DNA of 64,000 nt from Macrostomum hystrix (lineage: Eukaryota > Animalia > Platyhelminthes). Position 1 is the stretch's first letter. Each line of letters starts with the position of its first letter. Position numbers and translations under genes: made by a program. The notes beneath the pieces are model-generated. The model was not told where the DNA came from, did no database searches, and saw only the letters and a program-made list of their open reading frames with translations. This document shows, one piece after another, positions 25,771-37,652 of this stretch. Location of the stretch: assembly GCA_950097015.1 (NCBI GenBank), contig CATNEN010000038.1, forward strand, positions 28,768,001 through 28,832,000, given 5' to 3'.

Positions 25771-27160
25771 ACCATGCTAACCCTCGATAAACCATGCTAC
25801 CCCTCGATAAACCATGCTAACCCTCGATAAACCATGCTACCCCTCGATAAACCATGCTACCCCTCGATAAACCATGCTAACCCTCGATAAACCATGCTAC
25901 CCCTCGATAAACCATGCTAACCCTCGATAAACCATGCTAACCCTCGATAAACCATGCTAACCCTCGATAAACCATGCTACCCCTCGATAAACCATGCTAA
26001 CCCTCGATAAACCATGCTACCCCTCGATAAACCATGCTACCCCTCGATAAACCATGCTACCCCTCGATAAACCATGCTAACCCTCGATAAACCATGCTAC
26101 CCCTCGATAAACCATGCTAACCCTCGATAAACCATGCTACCCCTCGATAAACCATGCTAACCCTCGATAAACCATGCTACCCCTCGATAAACCATGCTAA
26201 CCCTCGATAAACCATGCTAACCCTCGATAAACCATGCTACCCCTCGATAAACCATGCTACCCCTCGATAAACCATGCTACCCCTCGATAAACCATGCTAA
26301 CCCTCGATAAACCATGCTACCCCTCGATAAACCATGCTACCCCTCGATAAACCATGCTACCCCTCGATAAACCATGCTAACCCTCGATAAACCATGCTAC
26401 CCCTCGATAAACCATGCTACCCCTCGATAAACCATGCTAACCCTCGATAAACTATGCTACCCCTCGATAAACCATGCTAACCCTCGATAAACCATGCTAC
26501 CCCTCGACAAACCATGCTACCCTCGATAAACCATGCTACCCCTCGATAAACCATGCTAACCCTCGATAAACCATGCTACCCCTCGATAAACCATGCTACC
26601 CCTCGATAAACCATGCTACCCCTCGATAAACCATGCTACCCCTCGATAAACCATGCTACCCCTCGATAAACCATGCTAACCCTCGATAAACCATGCTAAC
26701 CCTCGATAAACCATGCTACCCCTCGATAAACCATGCTAACCCTCGATAAACCATGCTACCCCTCGATAAACCATGCTAACCCTCGATAAACCATGCTACC
26801 CCTCGATAAACCATGCTAACCCTCGATAAACCATGCTACCCCTCGATAAACCATGCTAACCCTCGATAAACCATGCTACCCCTCGATAAACCATGCTACC
26901 CCTCGATAAACCATGCTAACCCTCGATAAACCATGCTACCCCTCGATAAACCATGCTAACCCTCGATAAACCATGCTACCCCTCGATAAACCATGCTACC
27001 CCTCGATAAACCATGCTAACCCTCGATAAACCATGCTAACCCTCGATAAACCATGCTAACCCTCGATAAACCATGCTAACCCTCGATAAACCATGCTAAC
27101 CCTCGATAAACCATGCTACCCCTCGATAAACCATGCTACCCCTCGATAAACCATGCCACC
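25771..27160. repeat. 20-bp minisatellite (ACCATGCTA[A/C]CCCTCGATAA)
   Basis: About 69 units that differ almost only at one A/C position. Confidence 0.97.
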
Positions 27161-27830
27161 CCTCTATAAACAATGCGACCCTCTCGATAAATGACGCAAC
27201 CCCTTCGATAGTACACTCGAACCCTTTTAATAAATATTGCTACCCCCTTGATAACTTATGCTTCTCTCTCGATAATTTTTGCTTACCCTCGAGAATTTAT
27301 GCTTTTCCCTGGATAATTCATGCTTTTCCATGGATATTTAATGTTTCCTCCTGAATAAGTCATGCTTCCACATCGATTAATAATGCTATCCACTGGAAAT
27401 CTCATGCTATCCCCTGGAAATCTCATGCTATCCCCTGGAAATCTCATGCTATCCCCTGGAAATCTCATGCTTTCCCCTAGAAATATAATTCTTTTCTTTA
27501 TAAACCTCATGCCATTCTCCTAATACCTGCTATCCATTGATATAACTTTATAGAGCTTATCTTCTTTAAGCCATGCTATTTCATCCATAATTGATTTCGC
27601 ATTCTGTTACTTAATTTAAAAACAAGATGAGCCTATTGCGACAATAAAGCAGCTAATAGGTTTATTTATACTCTATATGTAATAAGGACCCCGTTTTTAC
27701 ACATCCTTATATGTAGTACTCGTAAATTGTAACAGTGTTATATACATACAAGAGATTACTTTAGCCAGGGTGTTCATTGACAAGGTACTTACGAGAACAG
27801 AGTAGCGCACGCAATTTCTATTTTTAGGAC

Positions 27831-27876
27831 GGGATTTCCGTGGGCTGTCCAAATAGCACACAATGCCTTTATAAAC
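27831..27876 (+). promoter_or_regulatory. Candidate promoter: kappaB-like GGGATTTCC (27831-27839) and TATA box TATAAA (about 27870)
   Basis: Motifs lie about 125 and 85 bp upstream of ATG 27957. Confidence 0.4.
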
Positions 27877-27956
27877 GTCATCGGGCTAACTTGGAACCAC
27901 ATAAGTTGCGCTGCAAAGCTTAACTGAAACTTTCAACGACCCAGAAATAGAAAAAG

Positions 27957-28232
27957 ATGAGCTACAATCGGTCGCTTTATTGCCTACTGCTGATCGCTGG
28001 CCTATCCTCGGCTTCAGTCAGCGGTTTTGCCTTGGCAAACGACTGTGAAGTGTTCCCCGAGTGCGAGCCTGGAGAGTACAGCGACCCCTACAGCTGCATG
28101 TGCGAACCCTGCAGCGCCATCTGCAGAGGTGCCGCTGATACCAGCGCTTTCTTCATCTCCAAATGTCTCAACTATCAGAAACAGTTCGGCCTCTGTAAGG
28201 AATTCAAGACAGGAACAATGACTGCGCGTTAG
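27957..28232 (+). CDS. Small secreted cysteine-rich protein with a single TNFR (BCMA/TACI/Grindelwald-like) CRD, 91 aa
   Basis: Signal peptide, then CEVFPECEPGEYSDPYSCMCEPCSAICRG...CLNYQKQFGLC. No TM segment. AATAAA at about 28388. Confidence 0.75.
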   Translation: MSYNRSLYCLLLIAGLSSASVSGFALANDCEVFPECEPGEYSDPYSCMCEPCSAICRGAADTSAFFISKCLNYQKQFGLCKEFKTGTMTAR

Positions 28233-28993
28233 CTGTTAAATGAACAGCTAGAACCTGGCGTCAATGAACTTCGTAACTGAAATTCACAGCATTCAAGTCT
28301 AGTTAGCTTGCTATTCACATTCTTTAGACACTGCAATGCATGAAAATTGTGGCCATGCTCAGAATCATCCACTTGATCAGTTAGTGAAATAAAAAGCTCT
28401 TTCAAATTGTAGAACAGCTATTGTAGAAAGTTAAGCAGAACTAAAAGAAGAATTATGTAAAATGGTCATTCTTCAATTAACATTTCACTCTTAAGACTCA
28501 CCTGCCCATATGATGTATCGACTGCACCCAACGATTTTCTAAATCTTCAAACTGATTAAACAAAACCATTTGTTGAAAATCGTTTATTTAGTTTTCAATA
28601 ACTATGTTTTAACAAATATACTGTGAGCTTATTTACCATGTTATTTGTAATTACTAGTAATTAGCATGCGACTCGAGGTGATGCGATACTATGCACTTTA
28701 AAACTGTACTCAAGCTCCAGGGATTACTTGGGGAAAATTAGAAAGGGGATAAGAAATATCCTCTATGTCGGCGCTAGGGATTTCAGCCAAATTCCCGTCA
28801 GAGACAGACTTTGAATCTTCCCGGCAATCTTTCTCTGCATACATCCAATTTTCTGCTCTGAGCAGCTCTATCCATAACAGAAAAAGCCATCTCAAGCAAA
28901 GCCCCAATTAAGCGATCGGAATTAGCCGTAATATCCCTAGAAAAATCGGCTCTAGAAAATCCGCTTTATATAAAGAGGCCAGACTTCACAAGA

Positions 28994-30265
28994 ATGGACC
29001 GATTGCTGACACAGAAAGCTTCTTTTATAGACATTTTCGACACAGTTTTGAAAACCGAAGCAATGGAACCAGTGCTCGACTCTGAGGGGCAGCCGGCTCG
29101 CGGCATTGTCTACAACAAGGACGGCGAAGGGGTTCGCGTCAAGAATCGTCTCTGGCGTGGCTACTTTGTGTCCGACTTTCCTGGCGCCGAGGATAACTTG
29201 GACCGACTCTGTGACGCTTTCCAGCCACGCCCTGACGATGTGTTCATTTACGCACACCTGAAATGCGGCACCCACTGGCTCAACGACATCTGCCACTTTG
29301 TGCTCACAAAGCAGGCCAAGCAGCGCCCAGTGCTCAAGGAGGACGCCATGCTTGAAGCGCAAGACTTTGAAAGCTTTGAGAAACTTAAGTCACCTCGGGT
29401 GCTCAACTGTCATATGCGCTACGCCATTCTTCCGCCTAAATTGGTGGCAAACAACAAGGCTCTGTTTGTGGTGCGCAATCCCAAGGACTCCGCTGTATCA
29501 CTGTATCATCATTACATCTCTATGGACGACTACGAGTACAAGGGCAGCTTTAAAGGCTTTCTGACTCTCTACGAAAAGGTACGATGTACAAGTACATGTA
29601 CAAGCATATACAAAATGGTCTTATCTTTTCTTTTTTTGGTTTTCAAAAGCATTGTAGCGTGAGGATTAAGTGAGTCGCACGAAAGCCCCCAGAGCTTTGT
29701 TGAGCTTTTTGATGCAATTTACTGTACACTGTCTGACAAAGTATATGTGATTAAATTTTAGATCAGTGCCCGACTGCAATCCTTAAAATCCTGAGAAATT
29801 GTTACATATTCAAATACTACGTAGCACAGTTTCAAACCTTCTGACCAGGGCTTAGTTGACGGCGGCTCCTGGTTTGAGCACACCAGAGACTTTCTCAAGG
29901 CCATTGACAGCGGCAACCACTCCAACATTTTGCTAGTGGAATTTGAAAGGCTTAAAGCTGATCCAGCTAGTGAAATTCGACGCATCGCCGGTTTCCTACT
30001 CGACGGTTCGGAGGCCGACGGCGCTGTTATCTCAGACAAGTTACTGACTGACATATGTGAGCAGGTCACGTTCGAACGGATGCGCCAGGATCGAGGCCGC
30101 GACCTAAGCGAGTTCTTCAACGACAGCGCCACCTCCGGCTTCTACCGCAAAGGCGAGGTGGGCGACTGGCGCAATTGGTTCGACGAAGAAAGTAGCGCTA
30201 GGTTCGATGAGCTCTGCACCAAGGCTCTGATGGGGTTCGAGCATCTCTACCAGCCCACCTACTAG
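28994..30265 (+). CDS. Cytosolic sulfotransferase (SULT1-like), about 333 aa
   Basis: Exons 28994-29578 and 29849-30265. 5'PSB AHLKCGTHW, catalytic His (LNCHM), 3'PB VRNPKDSAVS, and RKGEVGDWRNWF. Confidence 0.92.
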
Positions 30266-30350
30266 TGATGCCGAGTCCGTCGAAGTGAACCGGGCAATGC
30301 TCAATATCTAACTAAATAGCATATTTAAAAACGTCGTAGGTGTCATCATA

Positions 30351-30733
30351 TTTGTCAGCCTAAGTCGCGAATAAATTTAATCAAGTTGAGAATCCTCATT
30401 CACCATAGAAGCAGCCACTGCCAAAGAGCTACACTCGACCATAGACAAAAAAGCAAAGTGTCTTTTGGCCATAGACGGCCATTCCACTGGTAAAGACCCT
30501 AGAAATCAAGATCGAACCTTCACATCTGTAGATAAAGAGCTTTTAATAAACAGCTTAGCTTGATTTATAATAAATAGTCTATGGCCATAGGTGTCCACTG
30601 GGATGGGTTTTTTATCAACTCGGATTGGATTTTTTGTCTATTGTCGAGTGTAGCTCTATGGCAGTTTCCGCAACTGCAGTGAAAGGGAATTCTCAACGTG
30701 ATTGACATAATTCTCGACTTTAGGCTGGCAAAA
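30351..30733. mobile_element. Foldback/MITE-like element with about 100-bp imperfect inverted repeats
   Basis: TTTGTCAGCCTAAGTCG...CTGCCAAAGAGCTACACTCGACCATAGACAAAAA pairs with TTTTTGTCTATTGTCGAGTGTAGCTCTATGGCAG...CGACTTTAGGCTGGCAAA. Confidence 0.75.
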
Positions 30734-31205
30734 GCGATGCTCATGCCATTTTTAGACTTAAAAATAGTGCCAGAAATTTCCTTTGCTTTTTAGAAAACTT
30801 TTATCTATAGATCTATATTGCCTTTAGCGCATTAGCCGCTACTTCAAAAATTGATATTTAATTAAACACATCGAGAATAGTAAAAAACTGTCATATAGCA
30901 AATAGTTAGATAGTGTGACGAAATATGATAGATTATTTTCTGGTCACAAACAAGTAAAATTGATAACGCTTTGAAAAACAATCAATCGCTTTTTGTTCCG
31001 GGAAAAAATATTCGAAGTAAAAATAGGAAACAACATGTTAATGCATATTGTGAATTTTGTGAAGAACATAACGACGAGTATTACTGGTAGTAGTCGAATT
31101 CGATTTATTGGTTTGTTCAGTAGAGGTATCAGAAGAAATCTGCTGTGATTATTAATTAGAGAGCAAAAAAGTGTTTTTTTACTTGGCTTTTTTTCTTTAA
31201 CCCGC

Positions 31206-32075
31206 TTACTTGGAGCCTCGCAGATTCTCCTGGCACAGCTGGTCCCAGTCGGGCCAGAGCAACTCCTTGATGCGGTCAGAGTACTCGCACAGATTCGGTG
31301 TCTGTTCGCGCATGAATTTCTTGTGAGGATAATCCAATGGTATGTAGAGAATTTGGGCCAGATGTCCGAAAGCGTAACAATCGACCGTTGTCATCTGGCT
31401 GCCGAACAAGAACTTCTTGGAGCCAAGCGCCAGCGACAGCGCCCTGATGTCCTCGAAGCCCATGGCGTAGATTTCCTCGACAGTGTTGCGTCCGATGCCG
31501 TGCTGTTTTAGCCGGAACCTGAATCCAGGCGCGAAGAAGCGATAAAACACGTTTCGCAGTAAGAATCCGGCGAATTCCCAGGTCTGGACAAAAGCTGCTG
31601 CGGCTTCAACGTATCGGTAATGGAAGTAGCTGAATGTAGTCTGGTTTTCCAGCATCATCTCCAGACCTCTGGCAAAGCCCTGATTTTCACTCGACAGATT
31701 GTCACTGACGCCAAAATGCTCTGTTAACTTGGCAATGATAAGGTTGGACTCATTGTACTCTTGCCCGTTCAGCTCAACAAAAGGAATCTGGCCCTTGCTA
31801 CTCCACGCCTTGGTGCTCCGCACGGCCGTGTATCGAATCCTGTGCATCCTCAGCCAGGTCTCTAGTTTGAGACCGAATGGAGAAATGCTGACAATGGTCC
31901 GGCAGCTGGGAAAGTTAAACAGGTACACCATATCGTTGTGGTAGTTTGCAACGCGAATTTTGGAGTCCTTCCGCTTGGCAATGCGACGCAGAGCAAATAT
32001 AGCGATGGCAACGACTCCAGTAGCCATCAGGGTCATTCTAACGTTGGGCTGTAAGTGACTTCTTAGATAGCCCAT
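31206..32075 (-). CDS. Failed axon connections (FAX/FAXC) family GST-like/metaxin-type protein
   Basis: Intronless ORF, probable start MGYLRSH after a TTTTTACAG acceptor. N-terminal TM anchor, SISPFGLKLETWLR, SSKGQIPFVELNG, GIGR, LGSKKFLFG...DCYAFGHLAQ and RIKELLWPDW motifs. Confidence 0.88.
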   Translation of the reverse strand: MGYLRSHLQPNVRMTLMATGVVAIAIFALRRIAKRKDSKIRVANYHNDMVYLFNFPSCRTIVSISPFGLKLETWLRMHRIRYTAVRSTKAWSSKGQIPFVELNGQEYNESNLIIAKLTEHFGVSDNLSSENQGFARGLEMMLENQTTFSYFHYRYVEAAAAFVQTWEFAGFLLRNVFYRFFAPGFRFRLKQHGIGRNTVEEIYAMGFEDIRALSLALGSKKFLFGSQMTTVDCYAFGHLAQILYIPLDYPHKKFMREQTPNLCEYSDRIKELLWPDWDQLCQENLRGSK

Positions 32076-32356
32076 TGTCTGTAAAAAATCACATTTAGAT
32101 AAGAATTTCATTGTCAAATATAAGCACAATTAGTTTAAATGTTAATCTGGGAAGCCTGTACGTAGCTCATTCGTCAGAGCTCTAGATTTCAGACGTTGAG
32201 CACAGCACTAATTAATTTCCATGTGATTCAGTTCACCCATGCGGGGTACCAGGACTACCAGCAGTACTGAACAGGACTGAACAGCTGTACACAGGCTTTT
32301 GAATCGCCGCGTGGCTGTGCCACTCGCTTTAAATCTGGCCGGGTCATGGCTTCACT

Positions 32357-32610
32357 GGGGTGAGTGGCGGAGTGGTTTCACGCCACTCACCTCTCACACC
32401 AAGGTCCGCGAGCTCGATTCCACGGCGAGGCCACATTTATTTGGGGCGCAGCCGCGGAGAGAAGGCTTGGGGGTTTTCGTGCAATTTACGCCCTTCAAGG
32501 CACAGTGAGAGTGTACACTGCCTGACGATGAGAAAGTCAGGGCAGATGCACACACCTATAGTGTGAGCGTGCGCCTGCGTACAGTATCTGTGTGCGTATA
32601 TCTGAGAACA
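32357..32610 (+). mobile_element. SINE family A, 3'-truncated copy
   Basis: tRNA-like head and body up to GTACAGTATCTGTGTGCG. Confidence 0.85.
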
Positions 32611-33235
32611 GTATATAATTCTACTGGCAACCATTGAAACACAGATGTAACCTGACTGAATTGGCTCGTATATAAATTTTATTTGTAGAAACGGTGGCTA
32701 AAATATGTTATCATGCATGATCTGCTTAGCCACAATTTATGAAAATAAAAAGGGTGATTGATTACCTATCTTGCCTTGATTTGAGCGTATAGTCGCATTT
32801 GTTTGTCAAATGCAAATAGAATGCTAAAATGATTTACTTAAACCTTGCCGCCTTGTGAGCTGTGCTTTTTTAAGGAAGACAGTGAAGATCATTTTCGGAG
32901 AGAATTCGTGACACACTCAAAGAATGGTGTACATTAGATAAGACAAACTTTGCTTGCACCCAGTGTACAACTGGAAATGGAGTTTCAACCAACCTTCTAA
33001 TCCATCAGTAGGTAATTGTGTGCTAGAGGCATACTGAGAATAGCTTGTATATACAGAGCTCAAGAAAGGTTTAGAGAAAAAACGAACAATAAATGCAGTT
33101 TTCTTGCCTTGCGAAGCATTGTTTTTATAAAAAGACGATATGCAGTTTTTAATACTTTACTGGCCTTTTCATGAAACCCTATCTATACGATCTGATTAGA
33201 TTTGTCTAACTGAATACTATTGGCTTCTTAGCAAA

Positions 33236-36200
33236 ATGAGGTCACCTTTTTTGCTAGCACTTCTGATAAAGTATTTCTTTCTTGGTAAGTAAATTTTCAA
33301 ATATTGCATTAGAGCCGACGTCGGCCCGTCAAATATAAATTTTATTACGGCTACTCTTAGTTAAGGCGCGAGCTGTAGTCTACTAGTTGTTAGAGCGTCG
33401 GACTATCGACTTGAAGGTCGGAGGTACGATTCCCGTCTACACTGGAACAATTTCTGCCCTTTAGCAAGGCTCTCAACTCTGCATTGCTTTAGTTCACAAA
33501 GCTGTAAAATGGGTACCAGCACCAGCTGGGGTAATTCATTGTGGGTGTGGCGGCCCCCCAGTCCATGGACTGAACAGCACCCAGCAACCGTAGACAGCCT
33601 TCAGATGCGCAGCGCAATAGCTGCGCTGTCGGCTGCACACCTGACCCGATTGGGGCAGGCACAATTGACTTTTATGAGTAACTATCAGCGCTTCCTGAAC
33701 AATTTATGCACCCAGCTTCAGACCCAGCAAGTGCTAATCCAAATGCGAAGCGCCTGTACAACGATGTACTGGTCAAACGCGACTACAATGGTCTTATTAG
33801 GCCAGTCAGCAACCACACGAATACCCTGACAGTCTATCTGGGGTTAAAACTAGCACAACTGATTGACATTGTGAGTTAAATCAGAAATATATCCAGTGTG
33901 CAACTCATATAGATAAATAATAGCTTTTCTAAACTATACATAACTATTTTGTTTCAGGACGAAAAGAACCAAATTATGACTACGAATGTGTGGGTGCAAA
34001 AGGTGAGCTATCTTGCTGTCTTTCAAAAGCTTATTGACAGGGGATCGGTGGCAGAGCGACCAACGCGTTTGCCTATCGCGCCTATGTCTCTGAACTCGAT
34101 TCCTAGGCGAGGCCACATTCATTTGGGACGTAGCCCCGGAGAGAAGGCTTGGGGCTTGTCGTGCAATTTTCGCCCTTGAGGGCTAACCAACAAGGCACAG
34201 TGAGTGTGAACACTGCCTGTCAATTAAAAATTCAGGGCAGATGTACACATCTGTGTGAGTGTGTGCCTGCGTACAGTATCTGTGCGCGTGTGTGCTCCCT
34301 GCAATTATAATTGTTATTATAAAGCTCAGGAGGTTGTAGCCTAGTGGTTGAAGGTCTTGAAGGACTTGAAGGTCGGGGGTTCGATTCCCGACTCCACTGG
34401 AACAATCTGTGTCCTTTAGCAAGACACTTAACTCTGCTGTTAAATGGGTGCCAGCATCAGCTGGGATAATTGAAGGTGGGTGTGGCGTCCCCCAGTCTAT
34501 GGACTGAAAAGCTGTACGCAGCCTTCAGATGCGCCACGCATTAGCTGCGGCTGTGCTGTCGGCTGCACATCTGACCCAATTGGGGCAGGTGTAGTCTATT
34601 ATTATTATTATTATTATATAAAGCTCATTTACTAAAAAACTGGTTTCTTTCTTCTGCCGACAACTATGCAGATCTGGAACGAGCCCAGACTACGCTGGAA
34701 TCCGAAGGACTACGGCCAGATCACTCAGTTTCGCGTTCCGTCGTCCGATATTTGGCAGCCGGATGTTGTGCTATTTAATAAGTAAGATTCGACTATACCT
34801 TTATGGCAAATTTCACACAAATTTCATGTTTCATGGCCTTTGTGTGAGCAGTCTATCTTTCTAACTCTGATTGATTGCAGCGCTGACGGTAACTACGAAG
34901 TGAACAAAGAGACAAAGGCCATGCTCTACAGCAGCGGCCTAGTTGTATGGGAGCCGCCCGCAATCTTCAAATCCTCCTGCCAGATTGACGTCGAATTCTT
35001 TCCGTTTGACAAGCAGCGCTGCGCTATGAAATTCGGCAGCTGGACATACGACGGCCTCCAAGTGAGTAATTTGAGACAAGCCTTTTCATTCCGCAGTTGT
35101 GAAATAGGTACCAGAATTAGCTGAGTAGATATTGGAGTGTGCAAGAATCCGTCTCAAATCTTTCTATCCGTCTACAATCTATCTTTCTATCCGTCTCAAA
35201 TCTATCTTTCTACCTGTCTACAATCTATCTTTCTACCTGTCTACAATCTATCTTTCTACCGGTCTACAATCTATCTTTCTATCGGTCTACAATCTATCTT
35301 TCTATCGGTCTACAATCTATCTTTCTATCCGTCTACAATCTATCTTTCTACCTGTCTACAATCTATCTTTCTATCCGTCTACAATCTATCTTTCTATCCG
35401 TCTCAAATCTATCTTTCTACCTGTCTACAATCTATCTTTCTACCTGTCTACAATCTATCTTTCTATCGGTCTACAATCTATCTTTCTACCTGTCTACAAT
35501 CTATCTTTCTATCGGTCTACAATCTATCTTTCTACCTGTCTACAATCTATCTTTCTACCTGTCTACAATCTATCTTTCTATCGGTCTACCATCTATCTTT
35601 CTATCGGTCTACAATCTATCTTTCTATCCGTCTCAAACTCAGTGGTAAAGTTACCTGGGCATGTTCAGTCGATTTATTAATAACTTATCAGCCAGTTTAC
35701 CTTCTACTATTGAAATTTGACAAGAGAAAATCAATTTAAATAAATTAAAAACGACACATGTGCACTCAACTAAAAACAACTGTTAAACATCCGATATTTT
35801 CCTCACCTACCACAGGTTGATCTCAGACATGTATCCCAGACCAACCTGTCCTCACCAGTTGTTGAGTACGGCATCGATCTAGACGGACTCCTCCACTCCA
35901 CAGAATGGGATCTGCTGCATGTACCAGCTAAAAGGAACCACAAGACATACCCATGCTGCCCGGAACCCTACCCTGACATCACCTTCACCATCGTGATCCG
36001 TCGCAAGACCCTCTTCTACCTTATTAACCTCATTTTTCCGTGCGTAGCTATCAGCTTTCTGACTCTTTTCGTGTTCTATTTGCCCTCTGACAGCGGTGAG
36101 AAAACGACCCTTTGCATCTCCATTCTTATCGCGGTGACTTTCTTTTTCCTTGTATTGGCCGAGTCCATTCCACCAACGTCGCTGGTTGTGCCACTGATTG

Positions 36201-37365
36201 GCAAGTACCTGCTATTTACCCTCGTGTTGGTGACACTTTCAATCGTCATCACTGTGCTTGAGATGAACTTTAACGTTAGAACCCCAGCCACGCACAAAAT
36301 GTCGCCATGGACTAGGTGGATCTTTCTGACTATGCTGCCCAAAATGCTATTCATAACGAGGCCTAAAACGACTCGATACGATTTGCTTGTAAGATGCTTT
36401 TGCTACGCATTACAGTTTTCTTACGCTTTGAGATTGAGTAAAACTAAGTTTAGCTCGTATCTTCTTCCTTGCAGAAGTCTAACGAGAGTCTGCCGACACA
36501 AAAACACTTCAAGTCTCCGACATCAGCGACAGCAGCTCAAGCCGCCTCAACCACGGCATTTCGACTGGGCTTTGACGATAGCGACAACGCCAGCTGGAGT
36601 GTTCTTCGACCGTCTTCGTCAGCTGCAGCAGCCGCCTTGTCGAGTCCACCCTCGCCTTTGACGCACCAGCGACGCAACATCTTCGGCGCTGGGAGCACGG
36701 TTGACGATTTGTCATCGGCTAGGGAAGCTGTGATGAGACGCAGAATAACTCGAGACCTTGACACACTTCTACATGCGGAAAACAGCCTCGGTGACGTTGT
36801 CGAAGGTTCCGATGCTGATTATCCCCTCGTTGGTGAGTCCTGTTGGAAGCTGCGTCCAGAATTCGCTGCCGCCGCCGCATCTGGGTTGGATTCGCGCGAT
36901 GGCCCGACTGTCGACGCCGCCAAAGACCCGACAGTGAGTCGCACCATTCGAGACGCTCTCCTTGGAGTCGAGTACATCGCCAAGCACATGCGAGATGATA
37001 TGGCAGACAAAAAGGTGCGATATCGGATTTTCTATAAGTACACGTGCAATAAAACTCTGACTTTTAGTCGATCGATTCCGAATTTTTTATTTTACTCCAA
37101 GGTGATTGACGACTGGAAGTTTATAACAAGAGTGATGGATCGACTGTTCCTGCTTGTATTTTCCATTGTATTCGTCCTTGGTAAGCGATAATTACTTTTT
37201 GCCTAACAATTATTACAGAAAGGCAAAGCTCAGTATTAGACCTTCTCTCTAATTTTATCAGGAACCGCCGGAATGTTCCTTCAGGCGCCTTCCATGTACG
37301 ATAGCGAAATGCAAATCAATGTCAGCAATATGACCTTCATTAACTCCATCGTGCGCACTTCATGA
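33236..37365 (+). CDS. Nicotinic acetylcholine receptor alpha subunit (insect alpha1-4 / UNC-63-like), about 611 aa
   Basis: Exons 33236-33284, 33716-33870, 33958-34002, 34672-34781, 34881-35061, 35816-36388, 36475-37014, 37102-37180 and 37262-37365; 1836 nt in frame. ANPNAKRLY, Cys-loop [17 protein letters not shown], loop B GSWTYD, loop [10 protein letters not shown] (vicinal Cys), GEK filter. Confidence 0.93.
33370..33665 (+). mobile_element. SINE family B (tRNA-derived CORE-SINE)
   Basis: tRNA-like head, CORE-like CCTTTAGCAAGGCTCTCAACTCTGCATTGC...CTGTAAAATGGGTACC, and 3' GGGGCAGG. Confidence 0.85.
34040..34310 (+). mobile_element. SINE family A copy, directly followed by a SINE B
   Basis: Head GTGGCAGAGCG...CTCGATTCC plus conserved body. 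Confidence 0.85.
34328..34620 (+). mobile_element. SINE family B (CORE-SINE)
   Basis: GGTTGTAGCCTAGTGG...GGTTCGATTCCCG head and (ATT)n tail. Confidence 0.88.
35148..35636. repeat. 23-bp minisatellite (ACAATCTATCTTTCTACCTGTCT), nAChR-alpha intron
   Basis: About 21 units. Confidence 0.95.
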
Positions 37366-37468
37366 TGTAGCATTATTAAGCTATGAACTATGAAGGTTAA
37401 GTCAAAGACGCGATTATTTTTGACATCTGTTGAACACTTGAACATGAAGCCTAATTGACGTACGAAAC

Positions 37469-37652
37469 TTGATACATCTGCGTTGATACATCTGCGTTGA
37501 TACATCTGCGTTGATACATCTGCGTTGATACATCTGCGTTGATACATCTGCGTTGATACATCTGCGTTGATACATCTGCGTTGATACATCTGCGTTGATA
37601 CATCTGTGTTGATACATCTGCGTTGATACATCTGCGTTGATACATCTGCGTT
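37469..37652. repeat. 14-bp minisatellite (TTGATACATCTGCG)
   Basis: About 13 units just 3' of the nAChR-alpha stop. Confidence 0.95.

Noticed and set aside
25771-27160. Binary A/C variant pattern as an information-bearing code
   Set aside because: Ordinary minisatellite variant interspersion from slippage or conversion explains it; no other evidence.
32519-32546. Hammerhead-like CTGACGA...GAAA..GTC in SINE A
   Set aside because: Only 3 nt for stem II and 1 nt for stem III; the sequence is better explained as a simple hairpin.
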